From the human T2T-CHM13v2.0 reference genome, Homo sapiens: DNA of 64,000 bases. The position numbers were made by a program, and so were the translations under genes. Of this stretch, positions 27,859-41,443 are shown in pieces; the first letter of the stretch is position 1, and every line of letters starts with the position of its first letter. The stretch lies in NCBI RefSeq assembly GCF_009914755.1, contig NC_060932.1; one strand, written 5' to 3'. A model generated the notes under the pieces. That model did no database searches and had not been told where the DNA came from. It worked only from the letters and a program-made list of their open reading frames with translations.

Positions 27859-28399
27859 TGTAGTAGGTTGTATTTGGTTCAGAATATTTGCTGCCACTCT
27901 GTGGAGCAATTATACTTTCTTACTCCACTGGACTCAGAAGTACATATTTGACTTGGTTTAGCCAATGAAATGTGGGCAGAAGTGATTTGAATCATTTTTG
28001 AGCAGAGACTTCTAACAGCCAGTTTGTGTTTTTGCCATTTCTTTCTTCTTTGCCATGAAATCACTGACATCTCATAGAAAAGATGACATATGGTTTATCG
28101 TCTAAACTAGGAATGTTTAAAACAAGAGATTACACTACTGAGTGAAAATATATGCTATTTATTAATAATTGCTCTGGAACAATAGGCATAAACTAGGACA
28201 GTGTTGGATAAACTGAGATGTATAGTCACCCTTCAGAGACAGAGACTTTTTAGCCAGCGTAGGTCCCAGGGTAGAGACAATGTGGAGCAGAACCAGAATC
28301 AATCACAATGGACACACATGAGAGAGCAGTAACTCTTTGTAAGCCACTAAGATTGTGGGGACCATTGTTACTACAGCATAACTTAGCCAACTAATAACA
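27859..28399 (+). mobile_element. MLT1J-like LTR
   Basis: gacttggtttagccaatgaaatgtgggcagaagtga...aagccactaagatt...tgttactacagcataac. Confidence 0.7.
28080..28232. mobile_element. MER94-like hAT-Blackjack MITE nested in MLT1
   Basis: tattaataattgctctggaacaataggcataaactaggacagtg...gtatagtcaccct. Confidence 0.7.
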
Positions 28400-29939
28400 G
28401 AAACTTAAGCAACACAGCTGACTGATGCAGAAAGCTCATTGAAAAGTGGCCTTATGTCAATACAACAAAGTGGGTCATTCAAGTGACTGCTGATACTGAA
28501 GATATGTTCAGAGGTATCTGGAGTTGCTGTGGCTTCTTTCAGTTTAAAAATAAGGAAAGTTACCCCAGTTATCATAATGGGCCTTGTGATTCTGTCCCGG
28601 ACAGGCCTAATCTCCAAGTGCCGGCCTCACCCAAAATATTCTTCCAAGGGATTTCTTTTGTAAATATCAACGTTGATTCATTTGACCATTCTACTCTGGC
28701 CAAAGATGATAGAACCAGGGTGGAGCCCTAACTAAGTGTGAGCAATCTGTAGGCTGGCCAGCAACCTACTTGGTAGCCTTGTATCAATGCTCTGATTTAC
28801 ACAACAGTGGTGTGTTCTGATACTCTCTCTTGAAAATATCTGATCCAGGGATATGAGACAACATACTGGTTTGCAGGATTTGAAAATCACACAGAAAAAG
28901 GGCATGGGATATAACTGAGTCATGCTAACAGTGGATAGTAGAGTATGAGTTAACGAGCTTGGGCCACTGAAGATACAAACAGTTTACGTGGTTATAAGAG
29001 ATGTTGCCAAGCAAAATGTGTGTTCCCCAGATTACATTCTGGTCTTGGCGAAGCCAGCCTGACGGTGGTTCCTGCATTCACATGAAATTTGACTTGTATT
29101 GTTCCTGGCTGTCCCTAACACTGACAGCACAGACAAGATTCTTACCTCCAGCACCACTGTTCTTCCATTCCAAGAAAATTTTCCAGCATCGGGCAGGAAG
29201 GACAACCAAAGGCAATTAACAAAAAATTGGTAACTGGCAAGAGTAAAACCATACATGAAAAGTTAAAATGCCTCTCTATTTTAAGTGTGGAGCTTCTAGG
29301 TCCAACTCAGCAAGACCTTTGCACTATTTGACTTGCCTTAAATGAAACTGCTTTGCATTGGAATGGACTTTTAATTTGTCTGGATATAATGATAGTTTTT
29401 TTTTTTTTTTTTTTTGAAGAGGTTAGCTTGGATCTTCTCATAAAAAAAGCATTTCCTCTTACTTCATGTGGCTTATTTCACAACCAGAGAGTGTCCTTTG
29501 TATTTTGTTTCTGAGCCAATATTCTTTTTTCTTATGTCTTTAAAACTGTTGCTTAGAATTACTGGGGCTAGTTCCCCCCAGCCTCAGTTAGGAAAGATAT
29601 ATGTATATGATAAAACTTCACTAGCATCTGAATTAACTCATTCAATACACAGAGAAAGACTTAGGTCACTGGTTAGCTTTTGTTTTCTGTCAAGGTTTAT
29701 AGTATCTTAGAGTAAGATCTGTTGTCACAGATCATTAAGTCTAAAAGTGCTGATGGGTAAAATTACACCTTTAGAGCCTTGTGGCTAGTGAGTGCCATGG
29801 ATGGAGCAATATCCCAGGTATATGGAATCTCAGTTCAATGTTCTTTCTCCAGATCAGATTCTCATTCTCCTTTGCAGCTTTTACATTTGTATATTGCAGC
29901 TTATCCCCTCAAATGCAATACTTTGGGTTGGATTTCTAA

Positions 29940-30780
29940 AAACTCCATTCATTTATTCATTTTGTATCCTCTTTCTAATATCTTTTCTAATCCCCACAAC
30001 AGCTGTATATGCCAGGTATAGTGCTGAGCGCTGGGAATACACAGAAAAAGATGAGGCAACTTTTACTCTTGAGAAGTGGCAGCAATCAGAAATCAGCAAT
30101 TTGATTTATTAGTAATAGATATCACAATTTAATATCTTAAGTGCTGTGGGAACTCAGTAGAAATTAACCAGTTGGGCTGCAGGGAATGGGGAAAAAAGCT
30201 TTCTCATAGGAAGTTACATTTAACAGCATTTTGAAGGATGTGTAGGAGATTGTCAGATGGGTAGGGTTGGGAGGAGAATAATAACAACAAAAAACCCCAG
30301 CTTGCACAAAGAATCACGAAATGAATGGAGATAATGTCACAGCAGCAGAAGTATAGGGTGTGAAAAGAGATGTGAGGCACTTGGAAAGGTAGGTCTAGAG
30401 AGTGACAGGCCTTATTGGCCATTTAAGAAGTTTGGATTTTCTTTTAAAGGTAGTGGAGATGAGAGGAGAGAGGAGAGAAGGAAACAGAGGGACTAGGTGA
30501 GAAGATGCCACACGCAACTGAATGGCTAAAAATCCAGATTGCAAGAACTACCTGCAGTAGGAAGGTTTTGAGACAGTGGGCTAAACTCAGAATCTGTCTT
30601 GAAACAGTGACTTTATGGGTTGAAGGGAAGTAAAGAACCATAGTTGACTCTGAGGTTACCAATTTGTAAAATTGGGTGGGTAATGACGGCAAATTGTGAA
30701 GAGGATAATAAAAGGAACAGAAAGGTTTTGGGCAAAAATGATTGCATATTAAGATGTGTCACCAATAAGGTGATGCTTAA
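29940..30780 (-). mobile_element. L2 LINE fragment
   Basis: cattcatttattcat...tatgccaggtatagtgct...ttttgaaggatg...aagaagtttggattt. Confidence 0.6.
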
Positions 30781-31157
30781 GTGGTAACTATAATTATTTA
30801 GCTATGAATTATTGAGAAGGATCAGGATGAGATCCAGAAGGAAGGAAGCAGGAATGTAGCTGCTTTCTCCTTTTAAATTTAGTATGCATTCGAAATTTAA
30901 AAGGAAACAAAATACTTGAGTGTTCTTCCAAATGGTTTAGGCAAGGTCACATAAGGAGGAACGAGGAAAGGAATTTAGAGCAGTTTTGTGCAGCGGATGA
31001 GGGTTTGAGAAACTTTAATTTAAACACTGTTAATCTGTAAGTTAATCACCTCTCTGAAATACATCCCAGGACTATTGTGAGGGTTAAGAGACATCTCAAA
31101 GGAATATATGTCGGACAACATAGGTTATGCTCCACTGTGGTTAAAAAACAAAAGCAT

Positions 31158-31453
31158 GGCCCAGTGCAGTGGCTCACAGGTGTAATCTCAGCACTTCGGG
31201 AGGCCAAGATGGGAGGATTGCTTGAGGCCAGGAGTTCAAGACCAGCATGGGCAACAGAGCAAGACCTGGTCTCTACAAAAAATAAGAAAATTAGCTTGGC
31301 GTGGTGTCATATGCCTGTAGTCCTAGCTGCTCGGGAGGCTGAGGCTGGAGGACTGCTTGAGCCCAGGAGTTTGAGGTTACAGTGAGCTATGATCATGCCA
31401 CTGCACTCCAGCCTGGGTGACAGAGATCAGACACTATCTCTAAAACATAAAAT
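31158..31453 (+). mobile_element. AluJ SINE
   Basis: ggaggattgcttgaggccaggagttc and gcttgagcccaggagtttgagg. Confidence 0.9.
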
Positions 31454-31454
31454 A

Positions 31455-31765
<311 letters not shown>

Positions 31766-32179
31766 AATTAAATTTTTTAAAAAGCAAAACATAAAACTTC
31801 CCAATGCATCAGTTTAAGACAATAGACATTTTCCATTTTAATTCACTGAATAACTTTATGAAAAAGATCCATCTTCATCATTTGATAGATGGGGAAATGG
31901 ATTTGTCCAAGAGCACACAAGAGGAAGAGCTCTGAAATCTTTCAGACTCTAAAGGCTGCATGCTGTCTTTCCATTCCATGTTGGACAAATGCTTTCCATA
32001 GAGAGGGCATGCCCAGATAGAGGACTAAGCGTTCCTGGCCAGAATGGAGCTCTGAAAATGAAATGTCTGCATGACTTTCCACCTATTTCCTTACTACAAA
32101 GTTCTTCCTTGGGCAGACAGGGAAGAGAGAATATATTTCCCACATCCTCAGTTTTATTGAGGGCAGGGTAAGCTAGTGT

Positions 32180-32430
32180 TTAATAACGTAGTCCCTGGAG
32201 TTGACATGGTAAATTGACATATTTGGGTTTAAATCTTGACTCTAGCCACTTGTCAGCAGTGTAAACCTTGACAAGAGACTAAACATTTCTGGCCCTTCGT
32301 TTTCTTACCTCTAAAATAGGGATAATAATGGTATGTATTTCAAATGTTTATTGTGAAGATTAAATTAAATAATGCACTTAAAGCACATTGTTTTATGTTT
32401 AGTAGTCTATGCATATTTCCTATTTTATGA
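32180..32430 (+). mobile_element. MIR SINE
   Basis: gggtttaaatcttgactct...ctctaaaatagggataataat...gtgaagattaaatt. Confidence 0.7.
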
Positions 32431-32679
32431 GTGTTTTAGGAACTCACCTCTTGCTTTTCATTTCTGTCCGTGATGGTACCCACAAACCATCACTCAGAGA
32501 ATGCTCAATTGAAAAATGAAAAAAGGTAGCCTTGTGCATATGGAGAATGGGAATGCTCTGTGTGGATGGTTGCATTCCAGTCATATTTCCAAGTTTACCC
32601 TAAAGCCACAGATTTGGTTGTATGGAATTCAGAAGTTCTAATTAGAAATATGAAGAAGGATATGGACTTCCTTGTATAT

Positions 32680-33690
32680 TTTTAAATTGATATACAAACT
32701 ACATTTGGTAAAGTGAACAAACCTTAAGTTTAAAACTTAATGAACTTTACAGAGTGAACACATTTGTGTAACCCCATCCAGATAAAAATAGAGAACACTG
32801 TCAATAGTACAGAATCATCCCTGCCTCCTTCAGCCGTTCCTACCTGTGCCAAAGATAACCATATCCTGGCTTCTGTTACCCTAGGCTAGTTTTGTCTTTC
32901 TGAATTTTACATGAAAGGAATCATAGAATTTGTGTTTTTTGCTCAACATCATGTTTTTGAAATTCATTTATACCATTGCATAGAGCAGTTGTTTCTTCCT
33001 TTTATTGCAGTATTGTATCCCATTGTGTGAATATATTACCACAATGTTATTTTCCACTGTTTATGGACTTTTGGGTCAATTCTCATTTTTGGTTATTCAC
33101 CATAATACTGCTTTAAGCATTCTTGAATATCTCTTTTGCACAAATCTGTACACTTATGCATTTCTTTTGGGAATGTATCAGGAGAGGAATTGCTGGGTCA
33201 TTGGATACATATCTATTCAGTTTTAGTAGAAAGCATCTAATAGTTTCTGAAGTAGTTGTACCAATTTACTGGACCACCAGCAAAATAAGAGGACTCTAGT
33301 TCTCTACATACTCTCTAACACTGATCCATTCAATTGTTATTTTTAAAATTTTAGTCATTTTAATGGATATATAAATATTTCATCACTGTGGTTTTAATGA
33401 GCAGTTTTCCAATACCTCATCGCGTTGATCAACTTTTCTATGCTTATTTTTAGCTAAGTATCCTTCTTTTGTGAACTAAGTCTTTCACCTACTTGAAAAA
33501 ATTGTATTGTCCTTTATTTTTGATGTAGATTTAAAAAAATTTAAATACAAGTTCTTTGTCAGATTTATTTATTATAAACGTATTCTCACAGCTTTTTCAC
33601 TCCCTCAGTGATATCTTTGGATCTTAACTTTAGTAAAGTTCAGTTTATCACTATTTCCCTTTATGGTAGTTTTCCTTTGTCCTGTTTTAT
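32680..33690 (-). mobile_element. L1MC/L1MD-type 3' fragment
   Basis: aagtgaacaaaccttaag...gctcaacatcatgtttttgaaattcat...gaattgctgggtca...gtagttgtaccaatttac. Confidence 0.75.
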
Positions 33691-35119
33691 ATGCTGGATA
33701 GTAAGAACTCATGAGACACATCTGTGGCTACTGATTGGTGATAGAAATAAAAGGGAAGGGATGAAAGTGTTTGATTAAACTGAAGAAAGGGAAGCCATAT
33801 TTTTGAGGCCACCAGGGGAGAACATCACAAGGGTTAGAGGGGTCAGGACTTGGGGTTAAAGAGTTTCCATTAGAACACGAAAACATCGAAGAGACTGTAG
33901 AGGTCTGACATGGGCAAGGGTATGATTACTCCATTAATTTTCAGAAGAGAGACATTTTATAAAACTTTAACCTCAAGATAAAGTTTCCTGGATGGAGTCC
34001 AGAGTTATGGCTTGATTTTTCTTTTCCTTTTTATATTTGTGCCCGATATATGGCAAGGTGGTGCAGTACTGATTCAAAGCTTCTGAAGTCTGAGAGGTTG
34101 CAGATGGTGTAAAACCAAACCTAAATTGCTTTCAGGATCCAATGAGTTAGCTGGGCCCATATTTTTAGGCATTATATGCTTAGTAAATGCCTCTTTCTTT
34201 CCTAGTACATAATTATATTAACTTAAGTAACAGCATGGGGTGATTTGGAATTGTGCTTGGGGGAAAGACAGAATAAGTTGTGTGTGTTGTGTTTTTTTTT
34301 TTTTTTTGATGTTGTTTCATTTTGTCTTAAAGAATGGATCTTAGTTTCTATTTTATTTAAAAAAAACTCATAAATTTAATTAGTTAAATTTCAAATTTAA
34401 TTTTAAATATGTTATTTAGGTGCTTCTCACATAGGTTATTTTATTTAATATTTGCCATAAAGGATGTGTTATCACTGTTTTATAATGAAGAAGTGGAAGC
34501 TAAAAGGGATTCAATAACTTACCTTATGACTCTTGGCTAGTAAAAGAGTTCAGATTTAAGCTCTTTTAATTATGAAAGTCTCTTTCCCAGTTTTAAATTT
34601 TAGGATTAAAACTGATTCACAATACTAAGCCTCATTTTAATGTACTTAATTTTTAGAGCACATGGGAATGGATACCCAAAAGTTGAGCCCTTAAGCTAAA
34701 ATAACGGGTTGCTGACATTATAAGAACTTTACTATTCAGCCTCTGGACTTCATTTTATTTCATTGTAAAATGGGATAAATAATGCCTGTCTTAGAAAGTT
34801 GTTCTTCATTTGTTTATCCTTTCATTCATTTCATACATGTATGTATTCATTCAATCACCTACAATGAATAAGTGTATTAATGCTGTCCTTTCTCAGCTCA
34901 ACTGGTGAACTGTCCAGTTACCACTTGGCAAAACTTCCTCCATAATGCGATACTTAGTGACTGTTCTGTGGTCTAACAGATTTAATGTCCCCTTTTCACT
35001 CGCATTTCCCACCCCCAAACCGATTCGGTCAACGGTCAGTCCTGGCCAGGTCACATTCAAGATGCTTTCCCATATTTTCAGCTTCTGTTTTTCCTATCCA
35101 CTTTACTATTATTACTTAT

Positions 35120-35665
35120 CTTTAGCATTTCTTATTGTAAAAGAAACCTCAAATTTTATATAGGGAATCGGTCCTCTTCCAGTCTTGGTCTATATCATCT
35201 GGGCAGAGAAAATCCCATCTTTGGATTCCAACCATAGTTATGTGTCCCAGTTCTAACCAATCAGAGAGATGTATGATTTTGATTGGCCACAGTGATTGGC
35301 GCCGGGATGGACAAGTTACACAAGCTGCACCAATCAGAGGACATCCAAGGCTTTATGAATTACTGGAAAAGTGGCATTACTATCCACCAGTCTCGCTAAG
35401 CAGGTAGCATGTAAATTTGAAGCTGCTGGAAATCATTTTTGCTGACTCTAAATGAGAACCTGAGAACGCAGCCAAATACACAGAGTGCGGAGGCAGGAGC
35501 TGGAGAGACAGGCAATGTTTTAATGACATTTTTTGAGGCTGTAGGTCTAGTGATTTCTAAAGCCATGCCCCTTTATTGAACATACCAATTACAGGAGCTA
35601 ATCATTGTTTCCTCCATTTTGAGAAAGATTTCCATCGCTTGAAACTGAAGGATCCCTGATAAATA
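35120..35665 (+). mobile_element. MLT1K-like LTR
   Basis: Repeated ccaatcagag / gattgg boxes and 3' end tcgcttgaaactgaaggatccctgataaata. Confidence 0.55.
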
Positions 35666-36489
35666 TATGGGCCCAGTGCTCTCACCTTCGTGAACCCTGT
35701 GATGTCCCTATTTCCAGGTGTTTGTTCTCTTCACCATAACCTTTAGGAACTCAATGTCTTCTGAAGTCACTGTGCTATGCTTCAGATGTGGACGCCCACT
35801 GGCTCTCTGGGTGAAGAAGCCCTATCTAAATAATTATCAGCAAAGCATCTCTAACTGGAATTGGTAATAGGTGTGGTTATAAAACTAGACTTAAGCAAGA
35901 CAAACCCAAACTATAACTTGACTTAGCCAAATGCAACTCCTTGCTCAATTGCCTGTTTAAGATTCATATAGCTGAAAACAAAAGCATCAACTGTTTGGCA
36001 TCATGTACAATCTGTTGTACAATCTGTCTGCTAATGGTACTTTTTATCTTCGAATTGTTAACAGGATATTTAAAATGCAGTCAGAGTCTCAGATCATCTG
36101 TTCATATATTGAGTATCCACTATATGCCCACACGTGGTGTACTGGAGACATAATGGTGCCAAGACCTAGTGCCTGGCCTGCCCATATGGGGCTCATATTC
36201 TTGTTATAGCCTCTTAATTGCATAGTCTCATGAAGCATTGTTATCTCTGTTTGTGTGTACATGTGAGTGTGTGTGCATGTGTGTGTGTTTGCAATGTCAG
36301 AAATCTATGTTGAGGCAGGGATTGGCATATCTCTCTCTCTTAAATAATCATGGCCACTTTAAAGTTTCAGGATTCCAATGAAAAGCCTGTGAATAGATGA
36401 TTAAGAATCCTCCTGCTATTGCAATAGCTCTGTCTCTGGATTTCTGTTTCTACCTTTCATAGAAGAAATATTGCCTAGTCCTTAAGAGG

Positions 36490-36730
36490 TCAGTTTCCCG
36501 TAACAGACCAGCTGAGTTCAGCTCTCAAATCCACTGCCGACTAGGTATATATTGCTCAGCAAATTATCTAACCTCTATATGTCTCAGTTTCTGCCTCTGC
36601 ACAATAGGATAAAATTTCTGCCAATTTTGGTGGTTATAAGGATTAAGTGAGGTCCTGCATTAAAGCACTTAGCACTGTGCCTGATAGGCAGGTAGTCCGC
36701 CAGTGATTGCATTTTTCTTAGTATTCTTAT
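36490..36730 (+). mobile_element. MIR SINE
   Basis: caaattatctaacctctatatgtctcagtttc...taaagcacttagcactgtgcctg. Confidence 0.75.
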
Positions 36731-37749
36731 TTTACTGAAAAAACAAAGATGTCATTCTACTTATCTTTTAAAATTCAGCCTAAATGCTATCTCATTTTAA
36801 GGGAGCTAGTTGCATTGTTTCTCATCTTTTGCTCTTACCTTTAATATAGCAGTTATTAATTTTTTTCATACGCTTTTCCGTTTTCTTCATAAAGAGGCAC
36901 AATGTCTTTGTTATGACTTTAGCATCAATAGTTAAAAGGTGTATGGCTCATTAATTTTTAAATTGAATGGACAGATATTTAGGTGATTTACATTTGAAAG
37001 AATTCTTTGCTGCTGTTGAACATAGACTGTAATGGGTCAAAGGCAGAAGGAGGCAACTAGTCAAATTATTGCATTGGTCTAGGGAGAAAAGATGGCGGCA
37101 CGAGGTGGTGGTGGGAGTAGCAAACACTGTTCATACTCTGGACATACTCTCGAATTAGGGTCACAGATTTGGAAGTAGGAGAATAAGATTAAACGAGAAA
37201 CAAGCATAAGAACAATAAGAAGTAAAAGTCTTGTTCTATGATGACTAATTCAAGAAATGAGTTTTGTTTGATGGTAGATAGATTTGGCCTGTAGATGGCT
37301 CCATTTTCTTAGCTAATAAGAAGCTAAGAGATTTTTGTGTGTGCGTGTATGTTCTAGAACATTTCTAGGCTGCTGTCTTTTTGGCTTTCCCAGGCTGATG
37401 TTATGGCCTCACTGTAAATTAATAAGAGGTTTTGACTTTTTTTGTTCAGATAAAATTATGTGCTTTGGCTCACATTTCTAACATAAATTCTTCATTTTTG
37501 AGCCACTACTTAAGAAATTTGAGAGGCTGGTGAAAGCTGGGGTAGTTTGGTTAGTTTAATGGATCTCAGTGTTTTCATTCACTTTTTTCCTTCATTTATT
37601 GAATGAACAACTGCTGTGTTCCCAGGAACAATGTTAGAGGCAGTGAAGAATATTACTTTGAATAACAATATATTTCCCATCCTTTGCCCATTATGATTTA
37701 ATAAGAGCACCAAGATACATGTTTTTAGAAAACATCTTTAAAATGTATG

Positions 37750-37920
37750 TATAAGGCACAATGCCTTAGCATTTTATATACACCCTGTCATTGAAATCTT
37801 CAAAATAACTCATGAGGTAAGCGTTATCCGCATTTTATAGATGAGGACGCTGAGGAACTGAGCTGTTAAGTAAACAGTTCAAGTTCAACCTGGGATTTGT
37901 ATTGTGGACACTAATCCTTC
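37750..37920 (-). mobile_element. MIR SINE
   Basis: aatcttcaaaataactcatgagg...cattttatagatgaggacgctgagg. Confidence 0.7.
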
Positions 37921-38461
37921 TAATCTACTTGGCTTCAAGTCATTCTCTCTGAAGTTGTGTAGACCTGCGAAGTCCGAGTAGCAGAGAGAGACAACTTCTC
38001 TGATCAATCCTCACAGAAGCCTGGCTCTCTTCCTCTGTCCTTCTTTATTCCTTTTGCATTTACCTAAGCTGCTGCTTCTCTTGTAAAACTGCTTCAGAGC
38101 ATGTGAGGTTTCCCCCATCCTCTGAGTTTTTCTGAGCTGCTAATGCACATACAGCAAATCCTCTTTGTTTATGGTGAGTGTGTATAACAAAACAATGGAG
38201 AATGAGACTAACTGAAACCTAGCAGTTTCAGTTAGTAGCAGATGAGCTTCTGTATAATTTTGAGAAGTATCCTCTTAAAAGACGAAAGGTGGACTCAGCC
38301 TACAGTGAGCTCTTTCTAAGGAACTAACATCTTCAGGGTATCAAACTTAAAATCAGCTCAGGATAAGGTTCCGACCTAATCTTTTATCCTGCATCTGTCT
38401 GTGAGTTTCTTATTCCACTCCTTCTCTCTCTACTTATTCTATTCTGACCTTATCAGTAATT

Positions 38462-39550
38462 ATAGTAGAGACTATTGATTGTCTATCAATATCAAGTCCT
38501 TCTTCTTAAGTATTAAAATGCCCAAGCTTTAGCTCTATGCATGGCTACACAGGAACTCATTTTCCAGCTACTCTTGCAGCTTGGTGTTGCCATGTGAATA
38601 AATTCTGTCCTATTGGATGGAAATAGAAAATATGTGTGCTATTTCTGTATTTTATAAAAAAATGAATGCATCATTGCTCCTCTTGCCCCTTCCCTTGTTT
38701 CTACCACTTGGGAAATGAGAAGGGGAGCCGTCACCTTTAGACCTAGAGTTGAAAGTTCCACATTGAAAATGTCAAAGCTGCTCTCAAAATCTTGAACTGC
38801 TATGTAAGAAATAAATTTGTCTCTTGCTTAAGCATTGTATTTTGGGTCTTATGCACTGATTTTGTTTTCTACAATTAATACAGAGTTTGTCTCTTAGAGT
38901 TGGACCACTACTGTCCTAACAGGTATGGAAAACACATGCCATTGTCTTAGCATTTATTTGTAAGGGGTAAGACACACACATTTTAGGCTTGAAAGCCAGA
39001 GATCCCTGTTATACTTGAATAAGACATTTGATAAACTCTCATCTGAAATGCTTTAGAAAGGCAGACCATATCTAGCCATGCTTGTTGGAAAAAGTTACAC
39101 TGTTGATGTGAGCTAGCTTCTTTTCTTTTTTTTCTACATTTAGCAAAACCCTATCAGAGAGTTGAAGTCAGGCTAGCTATTAGAGGTAGTGCTGATGAAA
39201 CACTTTATGAAGGTGGGGTCTCAAGTCTGTATTGCCTCCCTCTCTCATCATGTGTTATTATTGTTCAGAAAATGGGAGAGAACTCAGTGCCAAAGATCAG
39301 ATTAACAGTGTTTTCTTCCCACATAAGCCCATTGTTTCAAATTATTGCAAGATAGATATAATTGAGAGAAAAAAACAGACAGGAAGAAAACCTTTGGCTG
39401 TGATTACTTACACAGGAACTAAGCTGAATGAAAATAGGTCAAATACCTACAGAGATTTTGAGGGAATATTACTACCAATGAAACTGCAAGCGTGGCCTGC
39501 AAAAGCCTGTGACTTTTTGCTGACTAAGCTCCCAAACATACACAGTCTGT
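38462..39550 (+). mobile_element. MLT1 LTR followed by MaLR internal sequence
   Basis: cattttccagctactcttgcagct...agaaataaattt...taataca, then gatccctgttatac...agaaaggcagacca (MLT-int-like). Confidence 0.55.
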
Positions 39551-39671
39551 GTTTGGGGTTGGAGTTCACATAAATAGAAATCTTTATAATGCATGGAATT
39601 TACAAATTATAAATCTACTAAACAACATACTAAATAATATATTTTCTATCTTCTTACCCTGAGAAACGTAC

Positions 39672-40203
39672 TGTATTTGTCAGGATTCTCCAGAGAAACA
39701 GAAACAATAGGATACATGTGTATATATACAGAGAGAGAGAGAGAGAGAAAGAGAGAGTTTTTTTTATGAGGAATTGGCTCACGTGATTATGGACACTGAG
39801 AACTCCCATAATCTGCTAACTATAAGCTGGAAGCCCAGGAAGGTCTGTGGTGTAGTTCCAGTCCAAAGACAAAGGCCTAAGAACCAGGGGAGTCAATGAT
39901 GTAAGTTGCAGTCTGAATCAGAAAGCCTTAGAACCAGGAGCATTGATGTTTGAGGGGAAGAGAAGATGAATGTTCCAGCTCAAGTAAAGACAGCAAATCT
40001 GCCTTTTCATTCTATTTCAGTCCTCAGTGGGTTGGATAATGCTCACCTGTATTGATGAAGGAAGATCTTCATTGTTCAGTTTACCAATGCAAGTGCTGAT
40101 TGCTTCTGGAAATACCCTCATAGACAAAGCCAGAAACAATGTTTTACCAACTGTCTGAGAGTCCCTTTGATCAGTCGAGTGAACACATAAAATTAACCAT
40201 CAC
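39672..40203 (-). mobile_element. MLT2 (ERVL) solo LTR
   Basis: tgtatttgtcaggattctccagagaaacagaa...(GA)n...gaggaattggctcacgtgattatgga...aaattaaccatcaca. Confidence 0.9.
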
Positions 40204-41380
40204 ATATACCTTTACAATGACCTTAATATCCAAGTTAAAATTTAAAATTCAGAGACTCATTGGAGTTTCACTGCAGCAGTGCATGGGTGGCTACCTTGTG
40301 GCTCACAGCTCATTGCCCTTCTTTTCTCAGTCTTATTTCTATCCTGCATCAAAGAGTCTTGAAAGACATTTAGAGGTTTCTGCTCCTTATGCTCACTTCC
40401 AAGATCCATAGACAACCCCTGCGTATGGGTGGGCTCATCCACTGTCACAAACAGCTGACATGCTTAGCAAATTATCATTAACGGTACTTGTATCTGGATA
40501 CAGGCATATGGGTAATATGTATCAGGGTAACCTATTACACTTTGTCTTTCCTTCATTTCATTTCTTCCTTGTTATTACCACCATAGCCATAAGCAGCATA
40601 AAATGCAATTATTCTCTAAGGAACTATACATTTTCCATACTGTATCACAATAATTTGTTTACATTTCTTTAAAATCTGAGTTTTCTAAAAACAGGGCCAA
40701 TGGGTGTATTCACGCTTGAATTTTTCAGCAGCGATTGCCTTGTCTTACACAAAGTACATATTTAGTGTGTATTAGTTGAGAATACATGAATACATGAGAA
40801 TACATGAATGACTGAGTGAAGAAATGAATTGTATTTTTATAGCTTTCAACTCTATGTAGTAAATTGAAAATGTATCAAGGCTTCAAACCATTCCCTTCTA
40901 AAGGAGACCACACTAACATTTGGATAGATGGATTAGAAGACTCAGAAATGTGTCACCTGTGCAAAGATGTGAAAAATGGTCAACCCTGTTTATATTTAAA
41001 ATTGACCAGAAATATTTCATTTTGCTTCAGTTCTAGGAAGAGCTCAGGTTTAGAGTGAGGGCACGTTTTTATCAGCAACAGTTCACTCAATATTGCCTAA
41101 ATAAGCTTGCTAAAGCAATGACTAGGGTGAATGTTTAAAATTCCCCAAGTGTTTGGGCTAAAGAAATCATCTATATGTTAATATAATGGTTCTCAGTAGT
41201 TACTCCAGAGGTTTGTAAGATAAGAGGATAATATTGTAGGGTTTAGTAACACTGAGAGCTTTCCATGTCCCCTTGTCATTTTATCTTTGTTCCCTTAGAA
41301 AAACTCAGGATGGTACAAAACATATCTTTATTTTCACATTTTCAACATTGCTTTCTTTATGCACATATACTGAAACCATC

Positions 41381-41443
41381 TGTCTAAATTGTGGCAAAAT
41401 CTGCCAGTTCCAGATTGGCCTCGTTAGTCATTTGAGAACACAT
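41381..41443 (+). pseudogene. Isolated C2H2 zinc-finger coding remnant, probably the C-terminus of an ancient RTE-clade LINE ORF
   Basis: CLNCGKICQFQIGLVSHLRTH has exact C-x2-C-x12-H-x3-H spacing; lies inside ORF 41273-41587. Confidence 0.5.

Noticed and set aside
33807-33822. CTCF-like ggccaccaggggagaa
   Set aside because: The 5' half matches but the 3' GGCGC/GGCAG part of the core is absent; too weak without ChIP data.
36005-36028. Small tandem duplications (tgtacaatctgt x2; also near 40780 and 5103)
   Set aside because: Ordinary slippage-scale events, expected at this frequency.
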